Source: Acidobacteriota bacterium (GTDB lineage: Bacteria; Acidobacteriota; Thermoanaerobaculia; Multivoradales; J023). Taken from it: a stretch of 56,713 bases of DNA. Positions 17,100 through 27,130 of the stretch are shown piece after piece. The stretch spans positions 1 to 56,713 of the forward strand of contig JBCDKB010000003.1 of the NCBI GenBank assembly GCA_038747035.1, in the 5' to 3' direction. Every line of letters starts with the position of its first letter. Position 1 is the stretch's first letter. The position numbers and the translations under genes were made by a program. The notes beneath the pieces are model-generated. The model saw nothing but the letters and a program-made list of their open reading frames with translations. It was not told where the DNA came from and ran no database searches.

Positions 17100-19475
17100 A
17101 TGTCCGATAAACCGGGACAGTCCGGCCCCGCCGGACCCGTCGACCTCTTCCACGGTTTCGTCAGTGACGGCGGCCGGACGGCGCCGCCCTCCCAGAATCA
17201 GCCGGCGCCGGCGATGGACGAGGCGACGATCGACCTCACCAAGTACATCACCGCGCTGCGACGGCGCTGGGCCCTCTTGGTGCTGTGCTGCATGGTGGCC
17301 GGCGCTTACGCCGTCATCCACTACTCGCTGTCGGAAAAGCTCTATAAAGCGACCACCACGATTCAGATCGAGCGTAAGCGCCTGTCGCTCTTGGCCCTGG
17401 GCCAAGCGGGCTGGCTCGAAGACTGGTGGAACCTCGAGTACTACCCGACCCAATATCGCCTGCTGCGCAGCCGCGGCATGGCGGAAAGGGTCGTGCTCAA
17501 CCTGCGCCTGCATGAGGACCCATCCTTCAATCCGAGGGCCGCGGCCCAGCGGGCCGACGGCTCGCCGGAGCTCGACTCGAGTGCCCAGCTGGCCGGACTC
17601 GCCGGGCGGGTCCAGTCCGGTCTCACGGTGGTGCCGATCAAAGAGACTCAGCTGGTCGAGCTGTCTTACGTATCGACCTCCAATGAGCTCGCGGCGCGCA
17701 TTGCCAATGGCTACGCCGAAGTCTTCATCGAATGGGGCATCGAGAACCGAACCTCGACCGTGGGCCGGGCGTCGAGCTTTCTCTCCGCCCAAATCGAGAC
17801 CTTGCGGCAAGAGATCGACGAGCGTCAGAAGCAGCTGAACGCCTACGCCTCGAGCGGAGACTTCTCGATCGATCCGGCCGGCGAAGCCCTCAAGACGCGT
17901 CGGGAGTCGCTCACCGCGCAGTACAACACGGTGCTCGCCGAGCGGATCCGTCTCGAAGCAACCTATAACGAGGTGGTGAATTCGCCGCGGAGTTCGGTCG
18001 CGGACACGTCCGCGGGCGACCAGATTGCGGAGCTCCGGAGCGAAATCGTCGAGCTGAACTCTGAATACACCAAGAAGCTGGAGACCTACACGCCGGAGTG
18101 GCCGGAGATGGTGGCCCTCAGGGAGTCCATCGAGGAAAAAAGAACGCGGCTGTCGACGCTCCGCGACCAGTCCTACGAGGAGGCGCGGGCCAATGCGTTG
18201 ACGGCGCTCCAGACCGCGCGTCGTGAGGAAGCGAAGCTCGAAGAGACCTTGCAGAGCATCGGCGAAGACGCGCGTTTTCAACAGTCCGCGGCCAGCGAGT
18301 ACACCAACCAAAGCACCTACATCGAGACCCGCAAGGAGCTCTTGGCGGATCTGGTCCGGCGTCAGTCGGAAACCGAGGTCGCCTCACGGGTCCAGACGTC
18401 GCAGGAGTCGAACGTCCGGATCGTGGATCGCGCGATTGTGCCCCGCAGTCCGTTCCGGCCGTCGTTCCGGTCCGATCTATCGCGCGCCCTGATCCTCGGC
18501 TTGATGCTCGGCGTCGGCATCGTGCTGCTGCTCGAGTACCTCGATCGCACGGTCAAGACCCCGGAAGAGCTCGAGTCCCTGCTGCGTCACCCCACCCTGG
18601 CGGTGATCCCCGACATCGAAGACGGCGGCCGGGGCGGCGGGTTCCGGATGCGCTACGGCAGATCGGCTTACAACTACCACTATGGCTATGGCTACGGCTA
18701 CGGGTACGGCCAAGGCGCGCCGCGGCGCGATTCGAAGAAGAACGCCGCGGATGACGAGGACAAGCAGATCGAGCTGCTGCCGCACCACAGTCCGCGTCTG
18801 GCGGTGAGCGAGGCCTATCGATCGCTTCGCACGGCTCTCTTGCTCTCGAGCACGAAGCAGCTGCAGGTGGTGGCGCTGACGTCGGCGGAGCCCGGCGAAG
18901 GCAAGACCGCGACCACGACCAATCTGGCGGTGGTCTTGGCGCAGCTGAGTCGCCGAGTGCTGATCATCGACGGCGACCTCCGCCGCCCGCGCGTCCACAA
19001 GATCTTCCGCAAATCGAACCGTTCTGGCCTGGTGAACTACCTCACCTCGAATGTCGACATCGACTCGATGGTGATGGAAACCAAGGTGCCGAACCTCTTC
19101 GTCATGCCGTCCGGGCCGATTCCGCCGAATCCGTCCGAGCTCTTGGCGAGCGACCGAATGAGGGAGCTGCTGATGCAGCTGCGCGCCCGCTTCGACTTCG
19201 TGCTCATCGACACGCCGCCGGTACTGCCCGTGGCCGACGCCGTGATCCTCGGCACCCTCGCCGACGGCGTTATCCTGTGCGCCCGCGCCGGTGTGCTGCT
19301 GCGCGAGGACGCGAAGTTCACCCGCGAGCGCCTCTCCTACTCGGACATGCGCATCGTCGGCACGGTGCTGAATCGCTACCGCCGCGGCGGGCGGAGCTAC
19401 AACAAGAAGTACCGCTACTACGGCGTTTACGAAGACCCGAGCGCCTCGGCGCAAGCCAGCTCGAGCGCCGCTTAA
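17100..19475 (+). CDS. wzc: Polysaccharide co-polymerase / BY-kinase
   Basis: Two TM helices flank a coiled-coil; EAYRSLRT, Walker A PGEGKT, IDGDLRRP, Walker B IDTPP; Tyr-rich C-terminus. Confidence 0.95.
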   Translation: MSDKPGQSGPAGPVDLFHGFVSDGGRTAPPSQNQPAPAMDEATIDLTKYITALRRRWALLVLCCMVAGAYAVIHYSLSEKLYKATTTIQIERKRLSLLALGQAGWLEDWWNLEYYPTQYRLLRSRGMAERVVLNLRLHEDPSFNPRAAAQRADGSPELDSSAQLAGLAGRVQSGLTVVPIKETQLVELSYVSTSNELAARIANGYAEVFIEWGIENRTSTVGRASSFLSAQIETLRQEIDERQKQLNAYASSGDFSIDPAGEALKTRRESLTAQYNTVLAERIRLEATYNEVVNSPRSSVADTSAGDQIAELRSEIVELNSEYTKKLETYTPEWPEMVALRESIEEKRTRLSTLRDQSYEEARANALTALQTARREEAKLEETLQSIGEDARFQQSAASEYTNQSTYIETRKELLADLVRRQSETEVASRVQTSQESNVRIVDRAIVPRSPFRPSFRSDLSRALILGLMLGVGIVLLLEYLDRTVKTPEELESLLRHPTLAVIPDIEDGGRGGGFRMRYGRSAYNYHYGYGYGYGYGQGAPRRDSKKNAADDEDKQIELLPHHSPRLAVSEAYRSLRTALLLSSTKQLQVVALTSAEPGEGKTATTTNLAVVLAQLSRRVLIIDGDLRRPRVHKIFRKSNRSGLVNYLTSNVDIDSMVMETKVPNLFVMPSGPIPPNPSELLASDRMRELLMQLRARFDFVLIDTPPVLPVADAVILGTLADGVILCARAGVLLREDAKFTRERLSYSDMRIVGTVLNRYRRGGRSYNKKYRYYGVYEDPSASAQASSSAA

Positions 19476-19526
19476 CCCCCGCCGGCCCCGGCACGAGCGG
19501 CGGCGTCTCGGACCGAGGCGGAACCC

Positions 19527-20330
19527 TTGATCGATCTCCACAGCCACATCCTGCCCGGCGTCGACGACGGCTCGAGCGATCTCAACGAATCGATCGCCAT
19601 GTGCCGGATCGCGGCGGCGGACGGCGCGACGACCCTCGTCGCCACGCCGCACCTGCGCCACTCCCGCTACTGGAATGACGACCGCAGTGCCCTCGAAGCG
19701 AGCTACCGAGAGCTGTGCGGCGCGCTCGGGAAAGAGGGCCTCGAATTGGAGGTGCTGCTCGGCGGCGAGATTACGGTCGGCTCGGAGAGCGTGGCGGAAA
19801 TCGACGCCCTGCCCGGCGGCCAGCTGCTGACGCTCTGCGGCTCCAAGTACCTGCTGCTCGAATTGGACTGGCAGGGGCTCGGTCCGGATCCTCTGGAGCT
19901 GGTCTACGAGGTGGACGTGCTCGGATGGCGGCCGATCATCGCCCATCCGGAGCGCGTCTCGTGGCTTTCTGAAGATCTGGAGCTAGCCAGCGCGATGCAG
20001 GAAAACGGTGCGACTTTTCAGCTCACGTCCATGAGCCTGACCGGGCGCTTCGGGTCGCAGATCAAGGAGCGATCGGAGCGTTGGCTCGACGCCGGGCTGG
20101 TGCATTTCGTGTCGAGCGACGCCCATGACGTGAAGCATCGACCGCCGGGCCTTGCGGCGGCTAGGGCTCTGGTGGCCGAGCGCTGCGGCGACGAGGTGGC
20201 CGAGGCCCTCTTCGTCGGCAATCCGCGCTGTGTGGTTGATGATCGGCCGCTGCCGCCGCAGCCGAGCGTCGAACGCCCCGGCGGCGGGCTCGGGGCGCGG
20301 TTTCGAAGATTCGCCGGGCGGTCGTCGTGA
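19527..20330 (+). CDS. PHP-family tyrosine phosphatase (CpsB/CapC/YwqE)
   Basis: IDLHSHILPGVDDG, ATPH, IAHPER, SSDAH. Confidence 0.93.
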   Translation: MIDLHSHILPGVDDGSSDLNESIAMCRIAAADGATTLVATPHLRHSRYWNDDRSALEASYRELCGALGKEGLELEVLLGGEITVGSESVAEIDALPGGQLLTLCGSKYLLLELDWQGLGPDPLELVYEVDVLGWRPIIAHPERVSWLSEDLELASAMQENGATFQLTSMSLTGRFGSQIKERSERWLDAGLVHFVSSDAHDVKHRPPGLAAARALVAERCGDEVAEALFVGNPRCVVDDRPLPPQPSVERPGGGLGARFRRFAGRSS

Positions 20331-20398
20331 GCGCGGCGCGATCCTCGGCGCGATGTCCGGTGCGGCTTCTGTCCCGTGCTCCTGGTAAGCTCCGCGCC

Positions 20399-21724
20399 AT
20401 GCGTCGAGTCCGATCCGCCGGAGTTCGGAGGCCTTGGGGCCCCATCGTGCTGCTCGTGGTGTTGGGCCTAGGGTCCACGCCGGCCGCCGTTTTCGGCGCC
20501 GGTGACGCCATCGATCCTTTCTACGAACGCCTTTTCCAGGACGGCACCCTCGCCCTATCGACGGGTGACGCCGCGGGCGCCTCGAGGCAGCTGCGGCTCG
20601 CCTGCTTCGGCATGCTCGACGCCCCCCAGCGTCTCGCCGACTGCCTCTCTCGGCTCGCGCTGGCCAAAGCGGAGCTCGACGACAAGGACGGGTTCCTCGA
20701 AACCCTGTCGCGGGTGCTCGAGACCGAGCGGCGTTTCCGCGCCTATAGCGACGCGCCGATTCCGCCGGAGGTGAAGCGGAATTTCGAACGGCGCATTGAA
20801 GCCTGGGCGCCTCCGAGCCTGCTGCTCGGCACCGTCGCCTTCGCCGATGTCGCGGATAGGCAGCGCGCCGGAGAAATCCGTTCGCTGCCGGCCGACGACC
20901 GCCGACGCGAGCTTGACCGGCTCATCGCCCAATCGCCGTCGAAGATGATTTGGCGCCGCCTGCAGATCGAGCTCGAGATCGAGAGCGGTAATTTCGAGCT
21001 CGCCTTCGAGTTGATCGAGACCCAGGCCCCGGGTCGCGAGGACATTCGCTGCCTGCGGGGCCGCGCGCAAGCCGGCCTCGGGTCGTGCGACGCTCGCACC
21101 CGAACCGACCTGCAGACCTGCGCCGACGCGGAGCGCGCGCCGGCGCTCGAGGCCCTGCTGGCCTGCCACGTCAGCGCCGGCGACAAAAGCGCCGGTGAAG
21201 CGGTGGCCGCCCAGCTGACGCCGGCGCAGCGCGAGCAGTCCCGCGTGCGAAGCCTGCTGAGGAAACTCTCTCGACTCGAGGACTCGCCGAGCCCTCCGGC
21301 GGAAGAAGCCCCCGCCGAACCGCCGGTGACTGAACCGGCGAGCTCCGGTCCGTCGCAGGCGGAGATCACCGCCGTCGACAGTGGCTGGACGACGCTGCGG
21401 ACCGATAGCCGGGATCGCTTCCCGTCGACTTTCGGCGAGGTGTCTAGCCTCGCCTCGCGGTACGCGGAATGGTCCGAGGCCCAGCACCTCGCCGCCGAGC
21501 TGGCGTATCGCCTCAGTCGGTGGGAGGAAGCGATCCGTTTCTTCGAGCGGGCAGAAGCCGTGTCGACTCTGCGCCCAGACCAGCAGTTCTACCTCGCGGT
21601 GGCGCTCTACAAAGCCGGTCGCCAAACGGACGCGGAAGCCCGCCTGGAAGCGTGCTTGCCCCAAATCCAAGCCTCGGATTACGTGAAATTTTGGACGGAA
21701 CGGATCCGCAGCGGCGGCCCGTGA
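20399..21724 (+). CDS. Secreted TPR-repeat protein (start uncertain; ORF open from 20327)
   Basis: Signal peptide; helical repeats (AQHLAAELAYRLSRWEEAIRFFERA); Pro-rich linker. Confidence 0.72.
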   Translation: MRRVRSAGVRRPWGPIVLLVVLGLGSTPAAVFGAGDAIDPFYERLFQDGTLALSTGDAAGASRQLRLACFGMLDAPQRLADCLSRLALAKAELDDKDGFLETLSRVLETERRFRAYSDAPIPPEVKRNFERRIEAWAPPSLLLGTVAFADVADRQRAGEIRSLPADDRRRELDRLIAQSPSKMIWRRLQIELEIESGNFELAFELIETQAPGREDIRCLRGRAQAGLGSCDARTRTDLQTCADAERAPALEALLACHVSAGDKSAGEAVAAQLTPAQREQSRVRSLLRKLSRLEDSPSPPAEEAPAEPPVTEPASSGPSQAEITAVDSGWTTLRTDSRDRFPSTFGEVSSLASRYAEWSEAQHLAAELAYRLSRWEEAIRFFERAEAVSTLRPDQQFYLAVALYKAGRQTDAEARLEACLPQIQASDYVKFWTERIRSGGP

Positions 21725-21780
21725 GTTTTAGCGATTCATGTTAACGGTGCTGTTTTCTTAGAGTTGCGTCGGTCGACAGT

Positions 21781-21810
21781 TTGCTGCCCGCGCGCCCGTT
21801 CGGCTACAAT
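21781..21810 (+). promoter_or_regulatory. Putative sigma-70 promoter
   Basis: TTGCTG-18 bp-TACAAT, upstream of GAGG and the ATG at 21839. Confidence 0.4.
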
Positions 21811-21838
21811 CGGGCAAAATGCGCTATGAGGAAATCCC

Positions 21839-22756
21839 ATGCCTGTCGCCTCTAAAAATCTCGTGAAGAATTATCGCAACGCGGCGCTGACCCTGGCCCT
21901 CGCGGCCTGTGCCCCGGCGCTTTTCGCCCAGTCTTCGATCCAGGTCGACACCGACCCGGTCGATTGCTTGCCGATCGGTGAAAATGGCGCCGCCTACGCG
22001 ACGGTCGATAACAACGTCGCTGACACGACCGTGCGCCTGAACTTCCGCCGGATGCACGACACGGTCGAAGACCTCTACTGGGTGGGCATGAACCCCGCCG
22101 GTCAGGGCCGATATTGGGGCGTCATGCCCAAAGCGGAAGACCGGCCGGTGCAGCGCCACGACGTCATCGAACGTCGCGAGAATATCCAGGCCGAAACGTC
22201 CTGGGCCGAGTGGTGGCGGCAGAAGGATTCCTCGGACCACCGCGACCCCAACTCTGAGCTCGATACCGACCTGATCCGCGAGCGCGCCAGCCAAGGTAAG
22301 CAAGTGGAGCGGGATTGGCTCGGTGAGATGGACGACGACACCTTCCAGCGGTGGCTTGAGCAGCTCGAAAACGAGCCGGCCGAGTACTTCACCTCCGTCC
22401 ATGACTACAACGGCGATGAGATCGCCCGCTCCCGCACCCGCGTGACCGAGGTGAAGAGCAACTGCCGCGTAGACCTGACCCCCGAGCAGCTCGGCGAGGC
22501 CGAGAACCTGACCGTCGGCGAGACGGCGTACTGGCAGCGCGACGAGAGCATTTTCCACTGGCTCTGCGACGGCATCGTCTCGCGCGTCGACCCGACCAAC
22601 GTCCTGCGCGGTGACGGCATTTGCCGCGCCTGCGTGGTGGCCTGGTGGAAGCGCAAGGAAATCCTCATTCCCGCGATCGTCGGCGCCGGCGTCGTCACCG
22701 GCGTGGTTCTGCTCGACGACGACGATCCGGACCCCATCTCGCCGTCTTCCCCGTAA
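21839..22756 (+). CDS. Secreted hypothetical protein with a C-terminal hydrophobic segment and acidic/Pro tail
   Basis: GAGG RBS; signal peptide (ALFA|Q); several Cys; ends ILIPAIVGAGVVTGVVLLDDDDPDPISPSSP. Confidence 0.8.
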   Translation: MPVASKNLVKNYRNAALTLALAACAPALFAQSSIQVDTDPVDCLPIGENGAAYATVDNNVADTTVRLNFRRMHDTVEDLYWVGMNPAGQGRYWGVMPKAEDRPVQRHDVIERRENIQAETSWAEWWRQKDSSDHRDPNSELDTDLIRERASQGKQVERDWLGEMDDDTFQRWLEQLENEPAEYFTSVHDYNGDEIARSRTRVTEVKSNCRVDLTPEQLGEAENLTVGETAYWQRDESIFHWLCDGIVSRVDPTNVLRGDGICRACVVAWWKRKEILIPAIVGAGVVTGVVLLDDDDPDPISPSSP

Positions 22757-23073
22757 CATTCCGTCGGCTGACCGCGACGTGAAGTGTTCGCCCGCTGCGG
22801 CTCCGGCCCGGCGGGCGTTCTGCATCTGGCGCCGCGCCCACCTCGACAGTCACGGGCGCTTGATCTGTCGCCCTCGAGATCCGCGGATCGGTTCTGGAAA
22901 CCGAGGTATCATCGCGCGCCGGAGCGCGGAGCGACGCCCGCACTGACCCGCCGGGGGCTGTTGGAGGGCCGGACCGGCGCCGCCGCGTAGACGGTCCGAA
23001 TCCGGTCTCCGTATACTGCCGTCGTAGAAAGAATCCCGCCCGAACACCCGCCAACTTCGCCAGCATCCCCACT

Positions 23074-24471
23074 ATGAATAAGCGATTCGCCTTCTCGGCT
23101 TTGATCCTGCTGCTCACCGCGGCGCTCTTTAACTTCGGCTGCGATAGCGCCGACAATCCGATCGCCCCGTCCGGCAGTACGCTCCTCATCTCGGCGGACA
23201 AGACGCTGATCGGCCTCAACGGCGAGGCGGCGGAGCTGACGATCACGGGCTTCCGCCCCGACGGCAACCGCTTGAATCCCAATACCCAGCTGACGATCGC
23301 GACCGATCTCGGCGTGCTGCGGGCGAGTAATAACGTCAACGGCGCGAGCGTCAGCGTCGTGACGATCGGCAACGACGGCCGCGCGACGGCTTTCCTTTTC
23401 GGTGATGGTCGCCAAGGCCCGGCCATGGTGACCGTGTCCTTGACCAGCGGCGGCGGCGGCGGTGATACGGGCGGCGGAGCCACTTCCGCCACAATTGGTA
23501 TCCAGATCGGCGACGATGCTTCGTCCCAACCAGTGGTCACGGTCACGGCGAACCCTGCGGCTATTGCTCTGAACCAGTCGTCGACGATCACGGTCACCGC
23601 ACGGAACGTCGACCAGTCCCCGCTGGCCGGCGCGACCGCCATCGTCCGCTCAAGCCTAGGTTCTTTGAGCTTCACTAATGGCAACGTCACGGACAGCAGC
23701 GGCGTCGTCACGCTGACCTTGACATCGAATCAGTCAGGCCAGGCTGAGGTTACGGCCACGGTGGGCTCTAGTCCGGACGCGATGGCGACCGTGGAAATCG
23801 GCACCACCCGCAAGCCGGTGGTGAGCATCAATCCCAATCCGAGTACGCTTGACACCTTTGAGACCTCGGTCATTACGGTTACGGCCCGAGACGAAAGCGG
23901 CAATCTCCTCGGCAGTGTCGACGCCATCATGACGTCCGATTTGGGCACACTGAGCGGCTCAAACTTCAACTCTGCTACGGATATCTTGCGGCTTTCGGGC
24001 GGACGCGGTGAGGTGACTTACACCGCGGGAGACCTCCCCGGTACCGGTAACGTGACGGCCTTCGTTCAGAATAGCGACATCGCGTCGGCCGACTTGACGA
24101 TCCGAGGCCGGCCCGCTGGCGTGTCTTTACAGGCGAGCATCAACGAAATTCCGGCGACTGGTTCCGAGACGATCACGTTGACAGCGACTGTCACCGATTC
24201 CGATTCGAATCGTCTCGGTGGCGAAAGTGTGAGCTTCAGCGCCCTCGATGGGATGATGGATCTTGGCTTCAACTTCAACCCAGATCCTGCGATTACAGCT
24301 CAGAACACCGGCGTCGCAACCTCGATGGTGACAGTCGATATTGACAATCTGCTTCAGCAGAACCCTGGCCTCCAATCGTTCGTCATTCAGGCTGCGGTCT
24401 CCGTCGGAGACGGGACCCAAGAGACGGATACTGTCGTGATCAACGTCGGTAGCGGAGGCGGCGGAAGCTAA
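23074..24471 (+). CDS. Lipoprotein with tandem Ig-like (Big_1/invasin-type) domains
   Basis: Lipobox-like LFNFG|C; repeated Ser/Thr/Val-rich modules (STITVTARN...SSLGSL, SVITVTARD...SDLGTL, TITLTATVTD). Confidence 0.8.
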   Translation: MNKRFAFSALILLLTAALFNFGCDSADNPIAPSGSTLLISADKTLIGLNGEAAELTITGFRPDGNRLNPNTQLTIATDLGVLRASNNVNGASVSVVTIGNDGRATAFLFGDGRQGPAMVTVSLTSGGGGGDTGGGATSATIGIQIGDDASSQPVVTVTANPAAIALNQSSTITVTARNVDQSPLAGATAIVRSSLGSLSFTNGNVTDSSGVVTLTLTSNQSGQAEVTATVGSSPDAMATVEIGTTRKPVVSINPNPSTLDTFETSVITVTARDESGNLLGSVDAIMTSDLGTLSGSNFNSATDILRLSGGRGEVTYTAGDLPGTGNVTAFVQNSDIASADLTIRGRPAGVSLQASINEIPATGSETITLTATVTDSDSNRLGGESVSFSALDGMMDLGFNFNPDPAITAQNTGVATSMVTVDIDNLLQQNPGLQSFVIQAAVSVGDGTQETDTVVINVGSGGGGS

Positions 24472-24492
24472 ATTCTGCTCAGACGCGAAAGA

Positions 24493-24535
24493 AAGAGGCG
24501 GCCCCCCGGTCTACACCAGGGGGTCGTTTCTTATT
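24493..24535 (+). terminator. Intrinsic terminator, possibly bidirectional
   Basis: Stem AAGAGGCGGCCCCCCGGT / ACCAGGGGGTCGTTTCTT with a CTAC loop; T-rich on the 3' side and A-rich on the 5' side. Confidence 0.7.
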
Positions 24536-24580
24536 ACCGAAGGCCGTGCGATACTCCGCGCCGCGAGGTGATCGAGACCT

Positions 24581-25660
24581 ATGGTTGATGAAAACAAAAT
24601 TTGGGACGCCCTGCGCGCCGTGCGCTATCCGGGCATGAGCCGAGACATCGTGTCCTTCGGTTTTGTCCGCGGTGTGAAGCTCGACGGCGCGACGGTGAGC
24701 GTCGAGCTCGAGATGTCGACCCACAACCCGGAGGCCGCCGAGCAGGTCCGGTCGGCGGCGGAGGACGCCGTCCGCGGCATCGACGGCGTGGCGGCGGTGG
24801 CCGTGGGGCTGAACGTGCAGCAGCCGCCGAAGCGCGAGACACCCAAGCAGCCGCGCACGACGGTGAATGCGAGCCTTCTACCGGAGGTCGAAAGCGTGGT
24901 CGCGGTGGCGAGCGGAAAAGGCGGTGTCGGCAAGTCGACGGTGTCGGCCAACGTGGCCGTGGCGCTGGCCCAGCGGGGCAAGCGCGTCGGCCTGCTCGAC
25001 GGCGATATCTACGGCCCGTCGGTGCCGACCATGTTCGGGATCTCCGAACGACCCAAGACCGACGGTGAAACGCTGGCGCCGTTTGAGAAATACGGCATCA
25101 AGCTCATGTCGCTGGGCTTCATGCTCGAAACGGACACGCCGGTCATTTGGCGTGGCCCGATGGTCATGCGCGCCCTCGAACAGCTGATGGGCCAGGTCCG
25201 CTGGGGCCAGCTCGACGTGCTCATCGTCGACCTGCCGCCGGGCACCGGCGATGTCCAGCTGACGTTGACCCAGAAGGTACCGCTTTCCGGCGCCGTCGTC
25301 GTCACTACGCCCCAGGATGTGGCGCTGATCGACGCGCGTAAGGGGCTGGCGATGTTCCGCAAGGTCGATGTGCCGGTGATTGGCATCATCGAAAATATGT
25401 CCGGCTTCTGCTGCCCGAAGTGCGATGAGATCATCGACATCTTCAAGCGCGGCGGCGGCCAGCGGACCGCGGATGTTCTCGGCACCCCATTTCTGGGTTC
25501 GATCCCGCTCGATCCGGCGATCGTCGAGGGTGGAGACGCCGGCGTCCCGATCGTCGTGGCCCAGCCCGACGGCACGCACGCCGACGCCTTCGGCAAGGTG
25601 GCCGAGACCGTGCTCGAGCAGGTCACGAAGCGGCAGCCACCCAAGCTGACGATCGTTTAG
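24581..25660 (+). CDS. mrp: Mrp/NBP35 (ApbC) Fe-S cluster carrier ATPase
   Basis: N-terminal FeS_assembly-type domain; ASGKGGVGKST, DGDIYGPS, WRGPM, DLPPGTGD, ENMS..CPKC. Confidence 0.95.
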   Translation: MVDENKIWDALRAVRYPGMSRDIVSFGFVRGVKLDGATVSVELEMSTHNPEAAEQVRSAAEDAVRGIDGVAAVAVGLNVQQPPKRETPKQPRTTVNASLLPEVESVVAVASGKGGVGKSTVSANVAVALAQRGKRVGLLDGDIYGPSVPTMFGISERPKTDGETLAPFEKYGIKLMSLGFMLETDTPVIWRGPMVMRALEQLMGQVRWGQLDVLIVDLPPGTGDVQLTLTQKVPLSGAVVVTTPQDVALIDARKGLAMFRKVDVPVIGIIENMSGFCCPKCDEIIDIFKRGGGQRTADVLGTPFLGSIPLDPAIVEGGDAGVPIVVAQPDGTHADAFGKVAETVLEQVTKRQPPKLTIV

Positions 25661-25665
25661 CGTCG

Positions 25666-26343
25666 ATGTCCATCGCCGTCATTGCGGACTCGCATTTGGG
25701 CGGGCCCGGGGGCCCGGGGGATGACTTCATCGAGCAGCTGCGGGCGCTGCCGGGTCAAGGGTGCCGTCGGCTGATTCTGCTCGGCGACATTTTCCACGTC
25801 TGGGTCGGTAGCCGGAAATTCGAAACTCCGGAGATCCGCCGCGTGGTTCCTGAATTCCGACGGCTTCGCGGTGAAGGGGTCGAGGTCGAGTATGTGGAGG
25901 GCAACCGCGATTTTTTCTTGACCGGAAGCCCCTACGCCGACGCCTTCGACAGGATCGTGCTGGAGACGTCTTTCGAGTCCGGCGGCCGGCGCCACCTCTG
26001 CGTCCACGGCGACGGCTTGAACGACAAGGATCGCCAGTACCTCTTCTGGCGCTGGCTGTCGAAGAGTCCACCGGTGCGAGCCCTGGTGCTCGGCCTGCCC
26101 GGTGCGCTGGCCCAGCGGGCGGTCGGCTCGGCGGAAAAGAAACTGGCGAGCACCAATTTCAAGCACCGCACCGATATTCCGCGGGCGCCGATCAGCGCCT
26201 ACGCGGAGCGGCGGTTCGCCGAAGGGTTTGACGACCTCCTCGTGGGCCATTTCCACGAACCCCACGACTGGACGGTGGACGGCGGTGAGGTGCACCTGCT
26301 CGACGCGTGGTTCAGGTCCCGTCGCGTCGAGGTCTTCGCTTAG
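25666..26343 (+). CDS. lpxH: UDP-2,3-diacylglucosamine hydrolase-like metallophosphoesterase
   Basis: ADSHLG, LGDIF, EGNRD, HGD, GHFH. Confidence 0.8.
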   Translation: MSIAVIADSHLGGPGGPGDDFIEQLRALPGQGCRRLILLGDIFHVWVGSRKFETPEIRRVVPEFRRLRGEGVEVEYVEGNRDFFLTGSPYADAFDRIVLETSFESGGRRHLCVHGDGLNDKDRQYLFWRWLSKSPPVRALVLGLPGALAQRAVGSAEKKLASTNFKHRTDIPRAPISAYAERRFAEGFDDLLVGHFHEPHDWTVDGGEVHLLDAWFRSRRVEVFA

Positions 26344-26376
26344 ACCTTCCCTCTGGGCTTCAGCGGCCGCCGCGCT

Positions 26377-26973
26377 TCAGCGACCGTCGGCGACCGGCCG
26401 AGCGATCAGCAAACGCATGACGCCCCGGGCCCGCCGGGTCCCGGGATCGATCTCGAATCCGGCGCGGCGGACCGTCGATTCCGTATCCCGATTCGGATGA
26501 CAGCCGCCTGACACGGCGGTCCATATCGGCTGGATGAGGTCTTGGGCCCTCGCGGCACCCGGCGAGGTGTGGCGGACGTGTTCCATCATGAGCAGCTCGC
26601 CGCCGTGGTCGAGCACGCGGGCGACTTCCCGCAGGCCCCGTTCGGGGTCGGGGACGCTGCAAAAGACCAGGCACGACACCACGTGATCGAAGGCGCCGTC
26701 GCGAAATGGCAGGTCCTCCGCACTGGCCACCAGCAGTCGAGCGTCCGGCCGTCGGCGGCGGGCCCGGAGCACGACCTCGAGGCAGGGATCAAAGGCCACC
26801 GGCGGCTCGGGCGTGCCGTAGAGCTCCAGGTTGCGGCCGGTGCCGCAGCCGACCTCGAGCACCCGCCCGCGGGCCCAACCCGTCAGCTTTCGGCGCCAGC
26901 GCAGCAAGCCGAAGCGCTCGCACACCGCCATGAACGCGTCGTAGAACCAAGGAATCTGCTCGAGACCGCGCAT
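26377..26973 (-). CDS. Class I SAM-dependent methyltransferase
   Basis: VLEVGCGTG, AEDLPFRDGAFD, LVFCSV, GGCHPNRDT. Confidence 0.88.
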   Translation of the reverse strand: MRGLEQIPWFYDAFMAVCERFGLLRWRRKLTGWARGRVLEVGCGTGRNLELYGTPEPPVAFDPCLEVVLRARRRRPDARLLVASAEDLPFRDGAFDHVVSCLVFCSVPDPERGLREVARVLDHGGELLMMEHVRHTSPGAARAQDLIQPIWTAVSGGCHPNRDTESTVRRAGFEIDPGTRRARGVMRLLIARPVADGR

Positions 26974-27130
26974 GGCGTGACTATACAGAGTCGGTCTTAG
27001 ATCGTGGCCGGAGAGCTTTGGTCACGCCGCCCGGAAGCTAGAATCCCGGCTGCCGACATCGACTAACGGAGTCCGCGGCCTAAGGCCCGAGAGCCGGCCC
27101 CGGCGGACACTCGAACGGAGAGCTCAAGCC

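Noticed and set aside
13143-24471. PEP-CTERM/exosortase system
   Set aside because: No exosortase and no PEP-CTERM tail is visible in the window.
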